From contig NC_086097.1 in assembly GCF_963921235.1 (NCBI RefSeq), positions 99,388,001-99,452,000 of the forward strand: 64,000 bases of DNA, written 5' to 3'. This DNA comes from Mobula hypostoma (taxonomy: Eukaryota). A program made the position numbers and the translations under genes. Position 1 is the first letter of the stretch. Each line of letters starts with the position of its first letter. The notes under the pieces were generated by a model. It saw nothing but the letters and a program-made list of their open reading frames with translations. It made no database searches and was not told where the DNA came from. Positions 12,401 to 24,400 of the stretch are shown piece after piece.

Positions 12401-15400
12401 GCTTTCCGTAGTTCCCGTCTGGATTCCGTGTAGCAACTAGTATCCCCGGACCTAAAAGCCACAGCTCTAGCTTTTAAAAGGGACCTGACCTCATAATTCA
12501 TCCAAGGTTTCCGGTTAGGGAATACCTGGATTGTCTTGTGAGACACACAGTCCTCCATGCATTTCCAAATAAAGTCCGTGACAGCTGAGGCATATTCATC
12601 GAGGTTAGCTGCTGAGTCCTTGAATACTAACCAGTCCACCGATTCAAAGCAGTCACGGAGGACCTCATCCGTTTCCTCTGTCCAACGCGACACTACTTTT
12701 GACACCGCGACCTCCCGCTTCAGTTTCTGTCTGTAAACCGGGAGGCAGAGTACGGCCTGATGGTCTGATTTTCTGAAGTGAGGTCGTGGGACGGAATGGT
12801 AGGCATCCTTGACTGCTGTGTAGCAGTGGTCAAGTATATTCAGGCCTCTAGTGGGGCAGGAGACATGTTGGTATAACTTTGGCAGCACTTTTCTGAGGTT
12901 GGCCTGGTTAAAGTCCCCGGCTGTAATGAGCAAAGCCTCCGGATACCTAGTCTCAAGTTCACTGATGTTGGCATACAGTATGTTCAGAGCACACTCCACG
13001 TCCGCCTGGGGGGGAGTGTAGACCGCTGTCAGTATGACCGAGGTGAATTCCCGTGGCAGATAGTAGGGACGACACTTCACCGACAGGTGTTCCAGGTCCA
13101 GGTTGCAGGAGCTTGTCAGTGCCACTGTGTCCGAGCACCACGCAGTGTTGATCAGTAGACAGACACCACCTCCCCATGTCTTGCCCGAAGACGCCGTGTG
13201 GTCCATCCGATGGATCGAAAATCCCTCTAGTTGGATGGCACAGTTGGGGGTGGCAGGGGAGAGCCAGGTCTCGGTGAAACAGAATACATAGCAGTTCTGC
13301 ATCTCCCTGCAGTAGTTGAGTCTCCCTTTAAGATCATCCACTTTGTTCTCTATGGCTTGCACATTAGCTAGTAGGATGGTGGGCATAGGGACCCCAAAGC
13401 CCCTCAGCTTCAATCTGACCAGCAGCCCAGCTCTTTTCCCACGCTTCCTTGGTAAATAGTGCATCTTTCCAGGTTTCCATCGATGCAGTGTGTTGTTGTC
13501 AGCTCTTTGAGGTTGGTGGACGCACCCTGCGGGGATCGATCGGCGGGTTGCGTCTATGGACGCTCCGGATTGGGCCGAGTAATGGGGGAGGCTCCGCTGC
13601 CACTTACAGCTGTCGGGGGCCTGGGCTGTCGATTGGGTTGGGCCCCGAAGCTGACACTTAATCCCAGATGGCTGGGCTCCTGGCTGAAACAAGTCCTTAA
13701 GCCGAGTCACAGTTGCGGAGGCCTCCGCTCCAGCCGAGCCTTGGGCTCGATTTCCGAGGTCGGCGGCAGAGGCCTCACTTCCGGCAGCTGTGGATGGCCA
13801 CCAACGGGGCTTTACGATGATCGCTCCAGGGAAGCATCTGGGGCACCTTGAGATCTCTGCCGTCACTTCTGTGCGGTCGTCTGCTCCGGAGAGGTGCTGG
13901 TCAGAAAGGGCCGTGTCTCCAAGCGATCTGGCACGGTAGCAGACCGCGGGTCTCCGGGAACGTAGTGGGCCTCGCTGGCCGGGTCCAGGTGGTCATTCCA
14001 TATCTGTACTTTAATCTCTAATTTTAGTTCTTTATAACTGCTGAATGTTTTTCTTTCTTTTTCCAATATTTTTATTAAATTTATTAAATTTCATATACAT
14101 AAATACAGAATTCATAGGATACTTATTAAAGATCAAATTAAGGTGGCACATAATGCACTATATATAAATCACACTGATACAATCACGGTATCCCATATTC
14201 ATGATCAATCAAATAAAATAAATTGAATTATGAAATACAATAATATGGTTAATTATATTATTAAAAAAATCTGTACCCACTACCAAGACAAAGCTAGTTA
14301 GTAAAAAAAAACAAAAAAAGAGTACTTTACCATATAGTGTTTTATAATAATAGCCCAGATCTATATTTTAATAACAACAATTCAAAGATATTCAAAATAG
14401 TTCAGAAAGGGTCCCCAAACGTTTGAAAATCTTGATTAGAATCAGAAATCGAACAACGAATCTTCTCTAAATTTAAACATGACATAACATCGCATAACCA
14501 TTGAGCATGTGTGGGGGGGGGGGTGCAACTGAAAGTTTTTGAATAGTTTTTGTTGCATTTCACACCAGCACACCCCAGTAAATTCCTAATAGATGTATGT
14601 ACAGTATATGGTGAATAAGGTCGATTCTCAAGTTGATCCTTTCTACAACATATTTACCCAGTACACGCAAGAGTAGGCAATGTGACAAATTTAGCACATT
14701 GCTGTCACATAATTAATTTAATGCTGGTTATCAGACTCTACTACGTCTTTATTAAAAAGAAGGGATGTACTGATCACCGACCTCTCCCGGACAATCCTGT
14801 CTGCTGTGCTTTTCATCATCACCTCAATCTTCTCCTGTCGCTTCTGCTCCAACCTTTTCTTTACCTCCTTCATTTCACTACCAAGTAAACAACAAAGCCT
14901 TGATTACAGAGAGCTCTATAGCATCATAGCCATCCCAAACACTGGCACTAAAGTGATAAAAAGATTGGAGTTTCCATGTCTGGAATCACTTGTATCCATG
15001 AAACACTTTCACAGACCAGGAATATTAAAGACAGGACACTACCTGTGGTGCATTTTGGATGTCTCTGCAATTTTCAATTTGAAGTCATAGTTACTAACCC
15101 TTTGGGATGATGACAGATAGTAGAGAAAATAAAAGTGATTGTATAGAGAGCAAGTTTGCTTGACAAGATGAAGTTGATTTGCATTTTCCTTTAAAACAGG
15201 AGATGAGAATGCTTGATGTCTTTAATCATCACTTTTAGGAATTAGCTGCCCCTTCACCATCAAAAATATTTAATTTCTTTTACTGAAAATAGCAAAAATA
15301 CAGAAATATGTAAATAATTACATGCCCACATTTGATAGATCTTGCATTCAGATTGTGGTTTCCAAATTGAGCCAGAAACTAGGAAGATGCCATCTCACCT

Positions 15401-18400
15401 GACACAGAATACCCACCCTGATGAGACTTTCACCCAAATGCTGACATAAATGCTTGTTTCAGCATTGAAATCCATTTATTTTGACTATTATTCATTGTGT
15501 TGCAATTTCTGCAAATACAATTCATGTCCATTAGCATTCCATTTATCTTTTCAAGGGGTTGAATTTAGGACGTCTGAAGGACTAACTCTATTATAGACAT
15601 CAGTACCACTTAATGGATAAGTATAGAGAAAGGTTATTGTTATTTTACCTCAGGGAGCCTGGAATACTGAAATCTTCTAAGTTCCTTGGGAGTTTGAAGA
15701 TTCTGCATGACATCTAAAACTTTGACAAACATCTATGGTGGAGAGTATATTGACTGGTATGGAAACACCAACGCTCTTGAATGGAAAACCCTACAAAAAG
15801 TAATGGTCCAACACGGGTAAATCCCTCCCCACCACTGAGAACATCTACATGAAGCATTGTCAGAGGGAAGCAGCATCCATCATCAGAGACCCCCACCACC
15901 CAGGACATGCCCTCTGCTTGCTGCTGCCATTGGGAAGAAGGTAGAGGAGCCTCAGGACTCACATCAGAGATTCATGAGTAGTTATTACCCTCAGCCATGA
16001 GGCTCTTGAAACAAGGGGGGATAACTTCACTTGAGGCATCATTGAAATGTTCCCAGTGGAACATTCAAGGACAGTTCATCTCATGTTCTCGATATTTATT
16101 GCTTATTTATTTATTATTTTTATTTATTTATTTTTGTATTTACACAATTTGTTGTCTTTTGCGCACTAATTGAATGTCCAAGTTGATGCAGTCTTTCATT
16201 GGTTCTATTATGGTTATTATTCTATTATGAATTTATTGAATATGCCCGCAAGAAAAAGGATCTCAGTTTTGTTTCTGGTGATATACTTTGTTAATAAATT
16301 TACTTTGAACTTGTAATTTTTGCTGAAGTATTCCTGTCCAGTATTCAAAGTCGAGTTTATTGTCATATATACAACTATCTACACACAAGTGCAATGAAAA
16401 ATTGACTTGCAGCAGCATCACAGGCATATAGCATCATATAAGCAGTATGCACAAGAACAACATACCCTTTTGGTAGATATGTATCATCTTGAGAGAATTT
16501 CCTTCTAACTCTCATGAATCTCTTGAATTCCTCATGGTAATGCATCCATTTCCTGCTGGGAATTTCCTCACTATTCCACTGGATCAGAAATAGAAATCCA
16601 CAGTCTACTAAAATTATTGTTTAACTCCTCACCTCTCTCCTGCATCTTTCAAATTCTTCAGTTCAATTGCTTGTTTTTCTTTTGCTAGCTCCACTAGTTT
16701 GGCCATTTGCTGTAAGTAGAAAGATAAAATTATTATTTGGATTGTTGCCTGCAATAGTCTGTCATCTTTGCAATACAAGAGTAAGGAAGTGATAAACGAT
16801 GGGGTATTGAAAAGGCACAGCAAAGTCTGCAAAGATTGCAAAGACTGGCTCCACGACTAAACCAAAATCCCTTCTTTAGTTTCTCTCAGTAACATTGCAA
16901 GTTTCAGTTTATACTGTAGAACAATGTCCCAAACCACTCCATTCTTGGGGTTTTGGGTTACTTTTAGCAGCCAAATAACTCCCCCCACCTCCCATTATCC
17001 ATCCTGTCGAAATGCTTGACGTATCCTTCATTGTTCATCCATTATATGTGTATGTGTATATTAACGGTCTGCTGAGGAGAATAACCACCTCATGCTCCAG
17101 GTCCATACAGTATAATAAAATCTCGTATAGGATTATTCGAATCTGTCCCTCAAGCCTGTCCACCATTCAACAGAATAATGCTGAATTAACCCCCTAAGAA
17201 TCTTGCATGTTTCATTAAGGTTGTCCCTCATTCTTCGAAACTCCAATAAATACAGCCCAATCTGTCCTTGCAGTGCAACATTTACACACATTTACTACTC
17301 TCTGGCTAAAGAAATTCCTCCTTACCTCTGTTCTAAAAGGTCACCCCTCAATTTTGAGACTGTGCCCTCTAGTTCTGGATATCCCCACCATAGGAAACAT
17401 CCTCTCCACATCCACCCTGTCTAGTCCTTTCAACATTCGTAGGTTTCAATGAGATCCCCCCGTGTTCTTCTAAATTCCAATGAGAACAGGCCCAAAGCTG
17501 CCAAACACTCCTCATAATTTAACTCCTTCATTGCTGGAATCATCCTCGTGAACCTCCTCTGGATGCTCTCCAATGACAGCATGTCCCTTCTGCGATATGG
17601 GGCCCAAACTGTTGACAATACTCCAAATGAGGCTTGACTAGTGTCTTATAAAGGCTCAACATTATCTCCTTGCTTTTATATTCTATTCCCCTTGAAATAA
17701 ATGCCACCACTGCGTTTGCCTTCTTTACCACAGACTCAACCTGTAAATTAATCTTCTGGGAGTCTTGCATGAGGTCTCCTAACTCCCTCTGCACCCCTGA
17801 TGTTTGAACTTACTCCCCATTTAGATAATAGTCCGCACTATTGTTCCTTTCACCAAAATGCATTATCATACATTTCCCAGCACGGTGTTCCATCTGCCAC
17901 TTTTTTTTTGCCCATTCTTCCAATTTGTCTAAGTCCTGCTGCAATCACGTTGCTTCCTCAGCACTACCTACCACTCCACCTATCTTCAGATCATCCACAA
18001 ACTTTACCACAAAGCCATCAATTCCATTATCTAAATCATTGACGAACAATGTGAAAAGCAGCAGTCCCAATACTGACCGCTGAGGAACATCACTAGTCAC
18101 CGGTAGCCAGAAAAGGCACCTTTTATTCCCACTCACTGCCTCCTGCCTGTCAGCCATTCCGCTATCCATGCCAGTATCTTTCCTGTACATAGGATTTTAT
18201 TTTGTTAAGCAGCCTTATCAAATGCCTTCTGAAAAGGTGATACTTTATCAAACGCCTTTTAAAAATCCAAGTAAGTAATATTCACTGCCTCTCCTTTGTC
18301 CACCCTGCTTGTTACTTCCTCAAAGAACTCTAACAGATTGGTCAGGCAAGACTTCCTTTACAGAAACCATGCTGACTTTGACTTATTTTGTCACTAGCCT

Positions 18401-21400
18401 CCAAATACATCGAAGCCTCATCCCCTGGTGGGAAGATGGCGGTGCGGCGCAACGCAGCTCCCAGCAGCCACTCTGGTGGTGATGTCTGTTATCTGTCAAG
18501 TAGGGTGCCATGCACAATCCTGATTTGATGGAGACAGATGTGTGAGCACGGAGGAATATCTGGTGAAACTTCTGAAATGCCTGCTTCGCTGCTGCTGCTA
18601 CTGTGTGATCCAGAATCTCCGGAGAAGGCCCCGAGTCCTCAGCTTTGCTTGTTGCTCGGCGGCCGGGGAGGGGTCAAAGTGCTTGGCAGAGGATGGTGCT
18701 CGGAGAGGCTGTGTCGGAGGCTCGAAGTTTTCAGGCGGACTCAGAGTCCGCTGCGGTCGGATGCTTCCAATGGTGCTGCATCGGCAAGTTGGCGGCGCTT
18801 GGAGGTTCATGGCAGGGAGAGTTCCTCCCTCGTGCCGCCTGCATGGGATGATGAGTCAATCGGGACTTTGAGACTTTTTTTTACTGTGCCCGTGGTCTGC
18901 TCTTTATCAAATTATGGCATTGCTTTGCACTGTTGTAACTATATGTTATAATTATGTGGTTTTGTCAGTTTAAGTCTTGGTTTGTCCTGTGTTTCTGTGA
19001 TATCATTCTGGAGGAACATTGTATCATTTTTAATGCACGCATTTCTAAATGACAATAAACGAGGACTGAGTGTCCTCATAATCTAATTATAGACTCCTGT
19101 AGCGGTGTGCTACGCACAGCGCTAGAATAACCACATGGAGTCGGTGAGTTGGAGTTGCGATGAAAGAGGTTTATTCAAACTTCGCGGCCTGCTTTAAAGC
19201 CTTCCCGTTCCCGCCCTCCCTGGGGCGGGACTGCTGTGGGGAATGCCTATTCCCAGACCCTTTCTGCGTGCGCTGTTTCGTGAGCCGGTTTGTGGGTGCT
19301 AGAAAGTGGGTCGCCACATAACCTCCCCCCAGAACCGGCGATACCTCCCCCAATGTCCACAGTCTGGATCGGCCTCTGTTTGGGAGGTCTGCCCCTGTGC
19401 CGCGGTGCCTGAGCCCGGACCGGCTGCGCCAAGTCCACATGGGCCGGTTTGAGTCGGTCCACCGTGAAAACCTCCTCTCTCCCCCCAATGTCCAGCACGA
19501 ACGTGGACCCGTTGTTCCTGATCACCTTAAATGGCCCCTTGTAGGGCCGCTGTAGCGGTGCCCGGTGTCCGCCCCGTCGTACAAAAAGAAACTTACAGTT
19601 CTGCAGGTCTTTGGGTACGCAGGTCGGGCTTTGTCCGTGCTGTGAAATGGGTATGGGGGCCAGATTACCGAGCCTCTCCCGTAGTCTGTCCAGGACAGCT
19701 GTGGGTTCTTCCTCTTGCCCCCTTGGGGTCCGTATGAACTCTCCTGGGACTACCAGAGGTGCACCGTACACCAACTCGGCCGACGAGGTGTGCAGATCCT
19801 CTTTGTGCGCTGTGCGGATTCCGAGCAGGACCCAGGGAAGCTCGTCAACCGAGTTAGGCCCCTCCAGGTGGGCCATGAGAGCCGATTTCAGATGACGGTG
19901 GAAGCGCTCCACTAGTCCGTTCGACTGTGGGTGGTAGGCAGTTGTGTGGTGTAGCTGTGTTCCTAAAAGTCTGGCCATAGCCGAAAACAGGCTGGAGGTG
20001 AACTGGGCACCCCTGTCGGAGGTAATGTGGGCCGGTACCCTAAAGCGTGCTACCCAGGTTGCGATCAGTGCTCGGGCGCAGGAATCGGAGGTGGTGTCGG
20101 TGAGCGGGACTGCCTCTGGCCATCTGGTGAACCGGTCTATCATAGTTAGGAGGTACTGCGCTCCTCACGACACTGGCAGGGGCCCCACGATATCCACATG
20201 AATGTGGTCGAACCTCCGGTGGGTGGGTTCGAACCGCTGCGTCGGAGCCTTGGTGTGCCACTGCACCTTGGCCGTTTGGCACTGCATGCACGTTTTGGCC
20301 CATTCACTGACCTGCTTACGAAGTCCATGCCACACGAACCTGTTGGAGACCAGCCGGACAGTTGTCCTGATGGAGGGGTGCGCTAAGTTGTGAATGGATT
20401 CGAACACCCGCCGGCGCCAGGCTGCTGGGACGACGGGGCGGGGTTGGCCAGTAGCTACGTCACATAGTAGGGTCCTCTCACCTGGGCCTACAGGGAGGTC
20501 TTGGAACTGCAAACCGGAGACTGCAGTCCTGTAACTGGGGATCTCCGCGTCTGCCTGCTGTGCCTCTGCCAGCGCTGCATAGTCCACCCCCTGGGACAGG
20601 GCCTGTATGGTCGGTCGGGGTAGTGCGTCCGCCATGACGTTGTCCTTTCCCGAGACATGCCGGATGTCCGTCGTGTACTCGGAGATGTAGGACAGAGGTC
20701 GCTGCTGGCGGGACGACCAGGGGTCGGACACCTTCATGAACGCAAAGGGAAGCGGTTTGTGGTCTGTGAACGCGGTGAAGGGCCTACCTTCTAAGAAGTA
20801 CCTGAAATGCCGGATTGCCAGGTATAGTGCCAATAGCTTCCGGTTGAAAGCACTGTATTTGAGTTCGGGTGGTCGTAGGTGTTTGCTGAAGAACGCCAGG
20901 GGTTGCCAGCGACCCTCGATGAGTTGTTCCCGCACTCCACCGACCGCTGTGTTGGATGCGTCCACCGTGAGGGCAGTAGGAACGTCCGTTCTGGGGTGCA
21001 CTAGCATCGCGGCGTTTGCCAAGGCTTCTTTGGTTTTAACGAAAGCGATTGCGGCCTCTTCGTTCCAGGTAATGTCCTTGCCCTTACCCGACATCAGAGT
21101 GAACAGGGGGCGCATGATTCGGGCTGCTGAGGGGAGGAAACGGAGGTAGAAATTCACCATACCCACGAATTCCTGCAGGCCTTTGATTGTGTTGGGTCGG
21201 GGGAAGTGGCGGACCGCGTCTACCTTGGCGGGCAGCGGGGTTGCCCCGTCTTTAGTAATCCTGTGGCCCAGGAAGTCGATGGTATCGAGTCCGAACTGGC
21301 ATTTGGCTGGGTTGATTGTAAGGCCGAATTCGCTCAGGCGGGAGTAGAGCTGGCGGAGGTGGGACAGATGCTCCTGCCGACTACTGCTGGCTATGAGGAT

Positions 21401-24400
21401 GTCGTCCAAATAGATGAATGCAAAGTCCAGGTCGCGTCCCGTCGCGTCCCACCGCGTCCATTAGCCGCTGGAAAGTCTGCGCGGCATTCTTTAGACCAAA
21501 CGGCATTCGGAGGAATTCGAAAAGTCCGAACGGGGTGATAAGTGCTGTTTTGGGGATGTCGTCCGGATGTACAGGGATTTGATGGTATCCCCGGACGAGG
21601 TCTACCTTGGAAAAGATCCTTGCGCCGTGTAGGTTTGCTGCGAAGTCTTGTATGTGCGGCACAGGGTAGCGGTCTGGCGTTGTAGCCTCGTTCAGCCTGC
21701 GGTAGTCACCGCATGGTCTCCAGCCCCCCGTTGCCTTGGGCACCATGTGCAGGGGGGAGGCCCATGGGCTGTCGGACCGTCGTATGATCCCCAATTCCTC
21801 CATCTTCTTGAACTCCTCCTTCGCCAGTCGGAGCTTGTCCGGGGGAAGCCTTCGAGCACGGGCGTGGAGGGGTGGTCCCTGGGTCGGGATGTGGTGCTGT
21901 ACTCCGTGTCTGGGCATGGCTGCCGTGAACTGCGGTGTCAGTACTGATGGGAGATCCGCCAGGACCCTGGTGAATTCATCGTCGGACAGCGTGATGGAGT
22001 CCAGGTGTGGCGCTGGCAACTGTGCTTCACCCAGGGAGAACGTTTGAAAAGTCTTGGCGTGGACTAATCGCTTCCCTTGCAAGTCGACCAGCAGGCTGTG
22101 GGCTCACAGAAAATCCGGCCCCAGGAGTGGTTGGGCCACGGCGGCCAGTGTGAAGTCCCACGTGAACCGGCTGGAGCTGAACTGTAGCCGCACCGTGCGG
22201 GTGCCGTAGGTTCGTATTGTGCTGCCATTTGCAGCCCTCAGGGTGGGTCCCGGTTCTCTGTTGCGGGTGTCGTAACTCGTTGGAGGTAAGACGCTGATCT
22301 CCGCTCCGGTGTCGACCAAAAAGCGGCGTCCCGACTGCTTGTCCCAGACGTACAGGAGGCTGTCCTGATGGCCAGCCGCCGTAGCCATCAGCGGCGGCTG
22401 GCCCTGGCATTTCCAGGAAATTTGCAGGGTGGTCTGCAGTGGCGGGCCTCTGTGCCCCACCGCTGGTGGTAGAAACACCATTGTTCGCTGGGCTGCTCAC
22501 TCCCGTCGCCGGGTTTTGTAGGCTCTGCTGCCGGGCCTGGTCTGGTCTGTCGTTGGGCACGCGGCTTGGTGATCTGTGCGACGGATGCCCCTCTCTCTTT
22601 CCTGGCATTCCACAACACATCTGCTCGGGCCGCCACCTCCCGGGGGTTGCTGAAATCTGCGTCGGACAGCAGCAGGCATATGTCCTCGGGCAGTTGCTCT
22701 AGGAACGCCTGCTCAAACATGAGGCAGGGTTTGTGTCCTTCAGCCAGGGCCAGCATCTCGTTCATTAATGCTGACGGCGGCCTGTCTCCCAAACCATCCA
22801 GGTGCATTAAGCGGCGTGCTCGTTCGCACCGTGAGAGTCCGAAAGTCCTTATGAGCAGGGCTTTGAATGCTGTGTATTTGCCGTCCTCCGGGGGCGACTG
22901 TATAAACTCCTCAACTTGTGCAGCTGTCTCCTGGTCGAGGGAGCTCAGCACGTAGTAGTAGCGAGTGGACTCCGAGGTTATCTGCCGAATGTGGAATTGA
23001 GCTTCTGCCTGTTCGAACCATAAATGGGGTCACAGCGTCCAGAAGCTTGGCAATTTTAACGAAACTGCGTGAACAGATGCAGCGTCGGTCATCTCTGGTC
23101 CAAATATCGTTTGGGCCGTCGGGGTCACCAATTGTAGCGGTGTGCTACACACAGCGCTAGAATAACCACATGGAGTCAGTGAATTGGAGTTGCAATGAAA
23201 GAGGTTTATTCAAACTTCGCGGCCTGCTTTAAAGCCTTCCCGTTCCTGCCCTCCCTGGGGCGGGACTGCTGTGGGGAATGCCTATTCCCAGACCCTTTCT
23301 GCGCGCGCTGTTGTGAGCCAGTTCGTGGGTGCTAGAAAGTGGGTCGCCACACACCAACAATTTCCCAATCACTAAAGTTAAGATAACTAACCTGTAATTT
23401 CCTTTCTTCTGCCTTCCTCCCTTCTTAAAGAGTGGAGAGACATTTGCAATTTTCCAGTCCTCCGGGACCATGCCAGAATCAAATGATTCTTCAAAGATCA
23501 TGACCAATGCATCTGTTATCTCTTCAGTAACCTCTCTCAGGATTCTGGGATGTAGTCCACTTGGTCCAGGTGACTTATCCACCTTAAGAACTTTGAGTTT
23601 GCCTAGCACTTTTTCCTTTGTAATAGCAATGGCACTCACTCCTGTTCCCTGACTCTCATGGACTCTGGCACACTGTTAGTGTCTTTCACGGTGAAGACTG
23701 ATGCAAAGTACCCATTAAGTTCATCTGCCATTTCTTTGTCCCCCATTACTACCTCACCAGCAGAATTTTCAGTGGTCCAATATCAGCTCTCACCTCCCTT
23801 TTACTCTTAATATAACTGCAAAACTTTTGGTTTTCTGCTTTATATTATTGGCTAGTCTGCCCTATTATTTTATTTTTTCCCTTCTTACAGCTTTATTAGT
23901 TGCCTTTTGTTGGATTTTAAAAGCTTCCGAATCATCCAACTTTCCACTCACTTTTGCTACCTTATATGTCCTTTCCTTGGCTTTTATGCAGTCCTTAACT
24001 TCCATTGTCAGCCACAGTTGCCTACCCCTGCCATTTGAGAACTTGTTCCTCTGTGGAATCTATCTATCCTGTGCCTTGTGAACTAGTCCCAAAAACTTTT
24101 GCCGCTCTGCCCTGCCGTCATCCCTGCCAATATCCTCCTCCAATCCACCTGGGCAAGCTCCTCTCTCATGTCTCTGTAATTCCCTTTATTCCATTGTGAC
24201 TGATACATGTGAGTTATGCTTCTCCCTCTCAAATTGCAGTATGAATTCAATCATATTATGATCACTGCCTCCTAAAGGTTCCTTTATGTTAAGCTTCCTA
24301 ATAAGATCTGGATTATTACACACCCAACCTAAGACAGCCTTTCCCTGAGTAGGCTCAAACATGAGCTTCTCTAAAAATCCATCTCATAGGCCTTCAACAA

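Larger units (their letters stand above)
19098..23351 (-). mobile_element. Full-length Ty3/Gypsy LTR retrotransposon, CsRn1/Kabuki-like, inactivated
   Basis: LTRs 23133-23351 and 19098-19318 (TG...CA); TSD CTCC/CACC; tRNA-Trp PBS; PPT; Gag CHCC motif [20 protein letters not shown] (LVDTGAEIS), RT (YLDD), RNase H (TVDAS, FTDHKPL), IN (HHCC, DDE, GPF). Confidence 0.95.

Noticed and set aside
18538..18951. 137-aa ORF and overlapping ORFs
   Set aside because: GC-rich interior of a non-coding retroposon; no recognisable domain
19531..23160. Plus-strand ORFs antisense to Gypsy gag/pol (also 61536-63741)
   Set aside because: Shadow ORFs of GC-rich coding sequence; not consistently preserved between the two elements
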